Positions 52,501-64,000 of a stretch of DNA of 64,000 nucleotides are shown piece by piece. The translations under genes were made by a program, and so were the position numbers. The notes beneath the pieces are model-generated. The model was given only the letters and a program-made list of their open reading frames with translations, made no database searches and was not told where the DNA came from. The stretch spans positions 8,891,846-8,955,845 of the forward strand of contig CM082577.2 in assembly GCA_040954595.2 (NCBI GenBank). The letters run 5' to 3'. Origin of the DNA: Balanoglossus misakiensis (Eukaryota > Animalia > Hemichordata). Each line of letters opens with the position of its first letter. The stretch's first letter is position 1.

Positions 52501-55500
52501 AATTGTTGTAGATTGGACGGGACACCTGTACATTTCGTACGATAAGACCGACGGGTACAAACCTCAAACTCTACAAAACGTTATCTCCCATGATGCATTC
52601 TATGTACACCGTTATTCATTTTGTGATGTCCGACGGTAGCCACAGAATATTGGTAAATTGTACGTGTTCAATGGCAAGAATCCGAAAGCCAAGCTAGCTG
52701 ATTAAATAAACATTTTCATGGCGTGGCCGAGTGTTGATAATTAAAAAAAACTTTGAGGGGATACGTATAGTTAGTTCATCTTCATGCATGATATCTTTCG
52801 CACAACATGGCGGCCATATTGGATCCAAGCGCTACCGTATCGTACTGCCGTCATCAAGCAAAGTCCATGTTTGAACCAATATTCATTTGACTGAAGGGCA
52901 GACAATGCGTTCCACGTTTCATGCTCTACTAATCCTCCACAGAATTTGCGGATTTCGGTGGAGATTTTTAAATACTCTTAGAGATTTCGACAGAGAACAA
53001 TCTCACTACCAATGAAGAGAACTGTAGCCTAGTGTATCAACTGATTGTCCAGAATACAGATATACGTGTACTTCTATATACCTTCTTATGGCGAAATCTC
53101 ATTCGAGATCTACCACCACGGAAGTTCCATCAAATTTGTCCGATAATGTTTTACCGTTTGCAATTTGCAACTGACAACATCCGAAGTTGAACAAGTACAG
53201 ACCGACCAGAGAAAATAGAATCAGGTTAAACTTTTTGTTGCTACAAAAACAGAGGAACCAATGATTGGTAAATGGGTCTCGAGTTATTGAACATTATGCA
53301 CAGTATACCACGAATCGCTTCCTCGGTAGATCTTTGATTTCGAACAGATTTATTCGTGCCTACCAGCGACATCATGGTGAAATGCGCGACCTTTCGGAAT
53401 CATTAAAGTCGGAAAACTGACCCTTTATCAAACGCAAGTCAAAATAATAATCGTACCAGAAAAAGGTACCAAAAACCTTCAACGGAGAGGGCACCGCACA
53501 AGACCTTACCTGGAAACATGCATGTACACGTCCCTGTGAGGTGAGGTTGACTGAATGAGTACGGAGTGACCGGACACATACACCGGAGATCAGGCCCGGT
53601 GTTGCCGTGGACCAAGCAAGCTGCTTCGCGCAAACAAATTAGAGGTACTCGTGTTCTTCACCTTCTTAAAAAACATCTCGAGAGTCTTAACACCTTCCTC
53701 CTTGACAGGGATCCAAATATGCCTCGAGATTTAACGCACATAATTGACAGGCTGAGAAAATTTGCTATGCGGCTAATTTGGTGTCAGAGGCTAATCCGGT
53801 CGTTTGACACCCCATACCGTATATAGTCTGGTGGTAGCACCAAACACGTGATTCTATCAAGCGGGCAACTTCAAGCTGGGGTGGATTGAACCCCTGGGGA
53901 AGAGCTCGTCAGGAAAAAAATGAAAGTCGCCTAAAATATTCTCAATGTTGCCGCTATACTCAGAAAGATCACGAGAAAGCCAAGTTTCAAGAATTTGAAA
54001 ACCCTAAGTCATATACATGTTCAACGCATACCAAACGCTTCTTTGAGAATAGACATTTACGGTCTCGGGTACATTAACCTCAAATGCGCAAAGACTGAAA
54101 TAAGTGAAAACTTATTATTATTGCACCATTTACAGATTCTTTGCTAACGCTCAAAGCAGGCGAACCATAACTATTGTGATACAATCATCAACTGGCAAAA
54201 TATTTTCCTAAGGTAGCTTGGCAGGCGTGTTTTTCTCCTCGAGAATCTTCTAAAAATCGTCGGTTGGACCACATCACCTTTAAACTGTGCTCACCTGAAT
54301 ATAAATGCGTGTACGTGTGTACTTACTTGATAAATCGCTGGAGTTGTGGGTAGTTGTACTTGAAAATTGTGACGAATATTGGCGCGGGAAAATAGTGGAG
54401 ACGACTCTCCTTCTGTCGACGCCGAGGGAAAGCGAAAGTCAACTGTTCAGAACCAGACAGGGAACCGGGATACAATGTAGTAAACTGTCGACAGTGGAAC
54501 AGAGCAGATGCCTAGACAATCTCTTACTGGGGGAATCCAGTCGATTGAATTTACCGACAAACATTTAATACATAACAAAAATAAACCACTTTTTCTTTCA
54601 GATTGGCGGTCTGACGTGAGCCGGGGAGAGTGGCTAAATATTTGCCCGTAATGGGTCTTTGCCTGTACATGTTTTTACGCTTGCTCAATATATTGATTTC
54701 AAACGAAGCTTATGGCTAATCCCTCTCACAAGTTCTTCGCTAATATCAACAAATTTGAAAGCCTTGACCAGCCATGCGCGTTAAACCTTGTCAACAAAGC
54801 ATGGTGAATCTGCAGTGGGTTTTTGTGGACTGCAGACTTATTTCTTTGATAGAAGTCGGCTCTTCAAATGTCGATGATCTTCTTCTTCTATAAGCTATTT
54901 TTCTTTCAGAAGTGACGCAGTATAAACTTTGAGGCCTGGTTCTACCGTTTCCGTGTCATGCATCCGTCGGTCATACAGGCGGCATTTAAACAATGAGAAG
55001 GCACTCTGTAGCTGACTGGCACGGCAATACAGATGCTAGGGAGAACGTATTAATTTGTTGACACACATAGGAACCTGAGAGACATGGTGAAGTAAACTGA
55101 ACATCTTTGATACAGACAACGAGCCAAATTTTCGCGTAGCTTCAAATCTCCGCGTTTTCACTAAAAATTCGTTCTTTTTCACTTCGATTAACTATACGTC
55201 CCATCTACTGCCTGATAAAACGTGGCTAGTCAGCTATCACGTAATTGAACTGAGGACAAATAAACATTTCCATGATTGTGAAAGTCGAAATAAATCTTAC
55301 GTATTCAAGTAAACACTTATCCCAACGCTTATCCGTTTTCTGGGATCTGTAATGCATTAGTTACCACGGCAACATAGCCATAAGTTATCTAATCTTCAAA
55401 CTAACCAAAGTGATCCTGTGTTACACGCTATTACGAACAATGTGGAATTTGGTTACCATGACTGCCGAATGATGTTTTTAATCCATTCCCCGGAGTAGGT

Positions 55501-58500
55501 TTTAAATGACTTTTCGTTTACAGAGTGTGAACGGAAGACCCGGCATAAATATATGTTTTAGAGTGCATATTGAGTGTTGAGAACTATATTTGAGGACTAA
55601 CAGTAGCCTCGTTATCACCGGACTCTTTCCTGTCTCGTTTAGCTTGCCCGAGAAACGACGGCCCTCTTTCAGTTCCCGCCTAGATTTGGTCGTCAGAAAT
55701 AGGTGACGCTTCCACTGTTAGAAATATGAACATTTTCCCACCCCCTCTCTATCAAACACTTTGCAACCTCACTTTCTTATCGGTTTTTAATACGGATCCG
55801 TTGTTTGTCCGGTTCAATTCAATTGCCGCAAACACAAATGGTTTCATTGTACCAAGACTATCGTCTAATACTTGGCTTAATATGGAGTACTCCTTGTCAG
55901 TGAGATCATAGACAGTAGAGGGGGGGGGAGATTAAAATAAGCAAAGAAATTACATGTAATCCCGCGGCAGTGCGCTCTCTCCCTCCCCCTCTCTCCCTCC
56001 AATGTTCTCCCTTCCTCCTGTCCTTGAGGTACAGTGTGTGGAATTGGCCAAATGTCGAAAATCTACCAAATGTTGCAACCGACGAAACGTGTAAAGAGAT
56101 AATAGATGTTCCAGTTAAAATTTCAAGTGGCTAACATTGAGAAGTGTTCGGTAACTTCGCCATGCTCGACAACTTTGGCGCGCCAACAAGTGTGATGGTC
56201 ATATAATCGCCCCGTAACACAATTATCGTCAGATATACAAAGAGATTAACCTTTTTCAAACGCCCCCGTCCAAATCGTTTTCATCTTCAGAAGCTTTTAC
56301 GCGTTTTTCATTTCCACTTGTGTAAAATATAAAGGCTCAATGATGTACCCTCCCCCTTCCTCCCCTTTCTTCTCTATGTTTGTCCGTCTTACTTCTAATG
56401 CTAAATACACTTATCATATCGCCACGAAAACAAGTTTTTATACTGTTAATTATGTGAAATACGTGCATATCAATTGGTATGGTGCCTAACCATAATGGAG
56501 AGGATTTTCAATGACCAAATTGATATCCGTCTTCAAATGGAGATCTCATTTCACCTTTCAAATGTGCGCAATAGGTTTTCATTGCTGCAATATATTTCGA
56601 CCACTTTTCCTATGGCACAATGAAATATCGCTTAAACTTGCTCGGGAGAACATTTCATGACATTACGTTCGCGGGCGCGAAAGACAAATGTCTGCTTTTA
56701 ATTTGCTGGACCGTGTCGTTGTCCACTGACCAGCACCTCATTGAGTAGTACGCTGACAACAATAAATTGCATGTTTATTTCTCCTCAAGACTTTGACCTT
56801 GACTGTCGATCAAACACGATTAAAGTGGCTGAAAAGTTGTTAAAAACACATCTCGAACTTTTTAATGACATGGGTAAACTTGAACCGAAGCCTTAACACG
56901 CATGTCCAAACAAGTTATGTTGCTTGGATAATCACGCCCAGTAACAGTTGACTCTTCGCGGAATATCAACAGCTTTTTGCAGTGTTGTCTTTTCTGATCA
57001 ACGTGGAAAACTTTTTTCAAGTCACTTGTTTCAGTGGCACAACGGTCTTGGTGCATGCATATGAAAGCATCACTCATAGGTCGAACGTCAACACGTCGAT
57101 CGTTTGAACGTACCTATGTGGGAGGGCGCAATAACATTCAAATCAGAGACTGTGTGGTTATTTCGCTTCAAATTTGTCTAAAAAATACCAACAAATGCCT
57201 AGTACATGTATATAATTAATACGATATGGAAAGAATGGGATTTAAAGGTCACATTGATTTTAGAGATCAATAGGACTAATTGACACACAGAGCGAAAGTA
57301 CTGAAAAGTTGCGAGTTACTCTTTTCTTGTAACATACTTTAACCATCCGTGTGCTATCCAAACCATTCTCTCCACAATCTCACAACCGGACAAATAATCA
57401 TGGCTGCCGTGATGAATACAGCGAGAGTAAGGTAGACGAATATAGGTTCTGCTAATGCCGCACTGCGCTGAAGTTCCAGCACAGTGGCAAAGGTCTTTCA
57501 CGGGATATTTTGACCTGTTGAAGATTATTACCGATTCCCAACAAGGTTCCCTCGTTGACCCCGAATAATGAATCATGGCCGAACACCCTCAGCTTAAAAA
57601 GCTTGTTGTTTACACACACGACGTGATTTATCCTCTGCTCGGCCGTTGGAGGCCACTTAGACGTACCTGGTCCGAACCACGCCATCTCCAAAAAAAGACT
57701 CGTTAAAACTCGTTTCTGAATTTATGATTTGCGAGGATTGATAACACCGGAGCCGATTTCTCCCTCAAAAGGTGTCAGTCTTGACATGAACTGGTTCTGC
57801 TATTAGAGATAATGGTGTTGTTACTAGATAAAAATTGGATATCTATTAATATAAATGTCAAATTTTGTTTCGATATTGCTACTGCTTTTTGCATGTGAAT
57901 GCGCAAGCTACGTATAGCTACGTCCCAGTGGATTCCTAATGCCTGTAAAATTGACGTCAAAATTGTTTGTGTTTGTTTTTGTCTTTTTTGTTAGGGGTAA
58001 GGGTACATTGAAATCGTATTCAAGCGTAAAATATCCAAACCAGTCATCATAAAAGTCACAGACCCTACATTGAATTAATGATGACAATATGACATGTCAC
58101 TTCTCGATCTCTCATGTTCACGCATCGTCGCCCTAACCGACACCAAAGCAAGAACTTCTGTCAACAACTACTAAGTCTCACAAGCGTGGACAAGCACAGG
58201 CTTCTATTTCCACGATGATTTTACCACTGCAGTTCCTCGAGTGAGAGACAATCTATCTGGAGTATATATGGTCCAAAAACCAGGCCCGCTGCACGGCCTA
58301 TATGGTTCTACACATTCCGGATATTCACGAGCTATGATTATCATTTTCTATGAAAAGCCACAATGTACTCATCAGTACGCATGTCCCCTTCTCCCACATA
58401 ATTCTAGACTGTTCCACGTAACGGACAAAGTGGCTGTTTGCGCAGCTGCAAAAACAATTCTATGACGTATTTCTTGCTTTCAAAAATTACATGCAAAAAA

Positions 58501-61500
58501 ATCCATCTTACAGCTGCTGACAAATTACGCCGTTGTTGTTCTGTCATTAACTTGGAAAGGGTTGACATTTTTTCGCAAAGTGGGGGGGGGGGGTAACTTG
58601 GTAAGCTTCTCACGACAAAAAAATAGTCTATACTGTGTTTGACCCGGTAGACGTTACATGTATAGGTCCAACTGGATTTCCATTCAACAATTAATTCATG
58701 CCTCGTACTTTATCAATGGAACAGGGACCGCGATGGAAAGTAGAGCTACATTCAACCCCAACTCGTTCTTGAAAATAACGACCGGTAGCCATCTGCCGGC
58801 TCTTACTCGAACGCTTAAACCATATAAGCCAACAAAGTAACTTCCACGTGAGCTCCAGATAACGCACATTTTATTTCCAGCCTGTTTTACTGTTCTATAC
58901 CAATTTCAGGGGTTCTTATAATGTCTCAAACGCCCTCTTGTGCGGGAACAGTACTGTTCACTGGACAAAGTGAAAATGAACTTTTCAAAAACAATATCCC
59001 CGACACAATCGCATCATTCTGTAGTTCTCTCATTTTAGTACAAAGAGGGGCCACGGGGGATTTGGCGAATTCCCCCGTGGACCGGACACACCCCGTCCGT
59101 GCCCACACCAATCCCCCAGCGGCGCTACTTCTCTCCGCTGCGGCCATGAGAATGTCAAACTCCGTGCGGAGGCGTGACCGATCGATTCTCTCGAGTCGGC
59201 ATAACGTTGCTGCTAAGTTAAACCGCCAGATTAAACTATTTCAGCACGGGAGCTTGACAGGAGAAGTTTTTAATTATCTCCACGCTCTCATAGCAGTCTG
59301 TATATTTCAGAAGTTAACAGCTCGTTCCCTGCAGGCGAATAGTAACGTTTCGACGCATCATACGCCACTTGTGTCACACATTAAATTCTCGTTTAGACGG
59401 CAGCAATTGGCCATGGGTTGTCTTCAACCGAGGCTTGCTTGCATCATTTTAAGATTGAATTATTGTAGAAATCAAGCGAAAAGCTACAACTTCTCTTCTG
59501 GTGTTCGGTCTGCATTTCTCATCACACGCCGTGCCTGTGCAGTGTAAAAGGGGGCTCACACATCTTAGGGACACCGGTTGGTGGACGACATTCGACAATT
59601 GTTTTGGACGAGTGGTAATAAAATGGATACAGAATATTTTGAAGGATGGGCAGTGTCCTCGATACGTTTCTGACAATGATGAAATGCTCAACATTCTTGT
59701 TTTCACAGAATAGCCATGTTTTTGTATATTTGTTTTTAAACACGTCCTGAAACGTACTGATATACCGAGCTTCCGAATGCAGTACCCGGGTGTCGGACCA
59801 TATAGGGAATGAGATGTCACGTCACGGTGATGATGGCGTAGTTTTTGGTACGTACCAAAAATTACGTCATCAAATCGGGGTGTGAGTAGAATCAAACTGA
59901 ACAAAATTTGACATATTTCAGTAAGCCAACAAAACAAGAAAAAAAACAACTTCCCGCACGAAATTATGCACGTGAGCGGCGTAACAAGAGCGCGTGCTGA
60001 CGTTGAAAGTTGCCCTGCCACTGAATTTCGTACGGCTCAATATTCTAGCGTGTAGCTATGCACCTCCCAACTTGGCGGACCGTGAATGTTATTGATAAAA
60101 CTCTGTGACTGAACACTTAGCCGTTAAAATCGCAAAAAAATCCGGGGAAAATTAATGAGCCGAGGGTGGATTGGGTTATCACAGAGGCGGAGAAGCAGAA
60201 GATAAAGTAAGGTCTGAAAAAATGTGCAGCGTTCGTCACAGTCTTCTGAAGTGGGAAGATGATGGATAACCCGCACGCCACATTTGTCAAATTCTTAAAC
60301 TCTACCTCTTTTTTGTTTTAAAAAGGCACATTACTAAAACGCAATCTGCAGACGGTAGACGTTGTGGAACCGATGAGGTTATATCAAAGCTAGTGTAAAT
60401 TCTGAAAAATTACCAAATTTTAAATGTTTGAACTTATACATGTATCTCATGTGCTCTTTGCGGTCCTGGCCGGGAATAATGCAGCGGGTCTGTTGTGGGC
60501 GTGTTGGTGACGTTGAACCCTTCTCAGATAGCTTAATTCTATATTTGCAATTGAACTTTGAATGGTCTTTATGAACGACATTGTATCAACCCCCCCCCCC
60601 CCCCATAGGTCCAGAGAAAGAGGTGGCGCGTGTGGTGGTGTTAATGTATGTTTAAAAAGCGGGTAGTAACTTACAGAAGAAGTGACCGGCTTTCCCCCTT
60701 CTCTGATTTCTGGGTTGGTCTGTCTCTTTGATCTACGAGCGGAGCGACTCCTCACACCGGCAACTCGGCGGTATGTCACTGATTCGACCGCTTCGACGTA
60801 CCTGTTGATATGTCACAAGAGTGAGAACCAAGCGTGGGATTAGCATTGGTATTTCGCACTGCGATAAAAGCGATAATGGACACCTAGCGGTCTAATCCGC
60901 GACAGTTTTGGCGGTGCTCAGAGCGCCCATCGACCGCGTTAACAGATATAACGAGGGTAATTTGCGCGCGGAATGGTGATCCCCTTTCGGAGCAAACGAG
61001 GTGATTTTGAAGATATACCTGCAAATCCCAGCAAAGCCTGGCGCTGCAACTTGAAGAGACCGCGCCACTCCGAGACCCGACTCTCTAAATTTAACAATGT
61101 TATAATTGACTTAAATTGAGGAAACAATAATGCCTTTTATACCCCAACTCTCAACAAATAGACTCGAACTAAGGAAATCGTAATTTTCGTAATTACTGGG
61201 CTGTCAATACTCAACGGTGGAATAAATCACGAATAATCAAAACCGCTTTTATGTAAGCTCGCGGTCGCGATTTTATGGCAAGGCATCCGACATAAATCAT
61301 GGACTTTCAATTCAATTAAAAAAGCACACGGTAATAAAAGTTTTATTTCGTACAATTATGAGCTTTGCGTAAATCATTTTCTCCTGGATGGGTTTGTGTT
61401 GGTAATGTTTTCTCAATATTTGAGACATTAAGCTTTCAACAAGTTGTCACTGAAACGGTTGACACTTAAACTGATGTCAAACAGAGTCGTTATAAATTTA

Positions 61501-63716
61501 CATTATGAATACGAGGCACGCTTTACCCCCACGTAGGACCTTCAATAAATTAATCTGGCAAGTGTCCGTTCACAAAATCACTCCGTTCTGTTGAACTAAA
61601 GTTTCTTTTAGATGCGAGTATCTAAAGAGGTTTAGTTTTTGGCCCGTCTTCCAAGAAACCTGCGCAATACATGTAAAAACAGGTGAAAATCATTCAAGTA
61701 TGGCATATGACAGCAGCCAGTGTATATTAGCCCACCAGTCGCTTGGCGTTTTTGACTACGATTCTTCACTAATTCAGTTGTTAGTCGTCTCTTAATTTTA
61801 CCCATACCTTTCGTATGTCTGTTTGCCTTGGACGAGTTTCGGTACTGAGTTTCGGTTACTGGGCCTACGCGAGCGCGATACCGCGACTTAGTACGCGTTC
61901 ACTCCACACACACGCGCGCTATTCGGAACAAATTGTGCGGAAATTTATTAAAATTTATTATGACATAATTTAAGTTGATAGACTTGGGGTATAGAGTCAG
62001 TGTACTGTCCACAAGACACGTATTATATGGCGACGGCTTTATCTGTAATGTTTTGACCTATGTAGCCCGAACTGTACCAGGACATAGGTTCAAATGGTAG
62101 CTAAGTGATCACCAATGCCCTAGTCAACCTTTTTGTTTGAAAAAAAAGTGTATGAGGAAAATTTGCACATCTAAAGTTGAAGACGTTGGGTCTTTGTGGC
62201 GTTTTGAGTACCTAATCACGGTGCGGGACACGAACCTTCAAGAAGCAACTTTTCAATGCATTTTAAGAATTCAAGGATCAAACGCAATAAAGATATGCGG
62301 CCATTTTCTTTGGACACAGACGATAACCAGGATGTATCCTCGTATCAACTTGCATTGTATATTGTCCTGGGCCCCATCGACATAGCGTAATTAAGTAATC
62401 GGTATATCTAAATGAGGGATGCGTTGCTATAAGTTACTAATTAGAATGGGTGGTGCATCTTTAAAAGAATCTAAAGTCCATACATACATCAGTTTTTGTA
62501 TAAAGAAACCAGAAAATATCGAAAAAAGAGGTATGAGGAGTAATCGTGGGTAAATATTTGCTCACGCGGACATAACTTAAAGCGTGACATTTATTGAGCA
62601 TTTCACTGTAGATGCATCAAGGCCACTCTCGTAGATTCAATAATATACCTCCACCAACTTTCTAGTTTTCCTACGATGGACTCAAGTATATACGTTTGAG
62701 TTTCCGAGTCGTAAATTACGTTTAACATGAGTGACTCGTGAATGATTGAGATTGCGGGGCTGATGTCTAAATTCTGTCCAAAAGTAAACTGCACACTAAA
62801 TGGGATAAGGCTAATGGGTTCATTATTACTAAACCTCAATTAGCGCTTGTAGAAATCTTCTACATACAGTAAACTTCTAAAATCAGAAAGGTCTTTGCAG
62901 TAGATGCAAAGCCGCAGTTATGTATATGTATTACACCGAGGGAAACTTCTCCGCAGACACACAGTATACGTACTGTTTCAGAAAAGTGTTGGCGCCCGTC
63001 GCATAATCCATCACAGAATATACTGAATGCACATGGACACGCAATTCTCCATTGAAGTTTTCTGGAAAGGCTGTATCGATCAGCTGAGGACCGTGCCTGC
63101 GTGGACACGCCGCCCTTCTCTCACGGACTACAGGCAGCAAGCCATGTCATTGATTTATGTCGTTCCCGGGATAAAAACAACAAAACCAGAAATTTTCTGG
63201 GACCCAAAGCGTCGCCAAGTGATATCTGAATGTGGTCGATTCAGATTTGTTTCACCCACTCCAACGAGTGCACGGTATATCCACAGATAAACAGTAATCA
63301 CGTACGAGGTTTACTGCATTGCTTCACACGTCGCTGATTTCTTTTAGTAAAAACACAACCTCTGTCACACGTCAGCATTTCGAAAAAGTGTTTTTCAGGT
63401 TGAAGTTTACTTTCCTGATCGGTTTATTAATCTTATGAAACCATACCACTTTTATATAGCATCGAGTTATACTAATCATCAGAATGCAAAACCGTCGGCG
63501 TATTTCGCGGAATTTAATGCACCGGTACTGATAAATTTATACGGAAAATGAGAACGGACTTTATCAGTTCTGGAGTGAGCTAGCAGATTAAATTTGCACG
63601 TCCGCAATTCAGTATAAGAATGGGATGCAGCAACTTTAAGGCACAGTCTTCGCGTTCTCAAACGATAGAAAGAGACATAATATTCTGATATGAATTCCTT
63701 TTTAATTAGTTCTTAA

Positions 63717-63826
63717 GGTACTATATGCCCTTTGGGGGACAAATTGTCACAAAAATTCATGGTCCTCCAACTCTTTCAATTGTTTGCTACATGTTTAAGA
63801 CTTTGATTTTCGAGGTACACACTCCC
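63717..63826. mobile_element. Degenerate TTAA-flanked MITE (Kolobok/piggyBac-like), 110 bp
   Basis: TTAA|GGTACTATATGCCCT ... GAGGTACACACTCCC|TTAA with diverged TIRs. Confidence 0.4.
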
Positions 63827-64000
63827 TTAAACGGTGTCACTTTAATAGTCGCGGTGACGATTAACTCCAGAGAAGACCGTTTGGTGAATCCATACCACAT
63901 ATTCCATAACACCAGGCTACATGGTTACCAAAACACAGCAATTTTTTATCACTTTGTCCATCAATGTTTTGTTGTCCCAACCCCACAGCCAATCCATCGT

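Noticed and set aside
53504-53520. tttccAG|GTAAGG recursive-splice-like junction on -
   Set aside because: Short pyrimidine tract and no evidence that this position lies in a transcribed intron.
58921-60021. 208-aa (+) and 190-aa (-) ORFs
   Set aside because: Composition looks like translated non-coding DNA, with no motifs and no coherent splice structure.

Overview
Gene-sparse, intron-rich eukaryotic DNA (roughly 40% GC, CpG not obviously depleted). It is probably from an invertebrate bilaterian; a deuterostome such as a hemichordate, echinoderm or amphioxus is my guess, not something the sequence establishes. Two protein-coding genes are well supported, both on the minus strand. (1) An RNF151/RNF41-like RING + TRAF-type zinc-finger E3 ligase (CDS 6949->1871, about 344 aa). 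Its C-terminal CHORD-like Cys/His zinc finger is assembled through a chain of five consecutive phase-0 microexons of 3, 3, 12, 3 and 3 nt (Pro, Ile, Leu-Gln-Leu-Phe, Gly, Gly). Each microexon has a YAG acceptor, a displaced polypyrimidine tract and a perfect GTAAGT donor. The ORF track misses this completely, and it is the main finding. (2) A PERCC1 homologue with a single-exon CDS (46225->45413, 270 aa) carrying the YAP/FAM181-type TEAD-binding motif. The rest of the window holds the probable 3' end of a convergent plus-strand gene at the left edge, long non-coding regions, several MITEs (including two Harbinger-type elements with different TIRs that share an internal segment), a ~1.25 kb foldback inverted repeat, microsatellites, and candidate RFX and CTCF sites. 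Almost all other short ORFs in the track look spurious.
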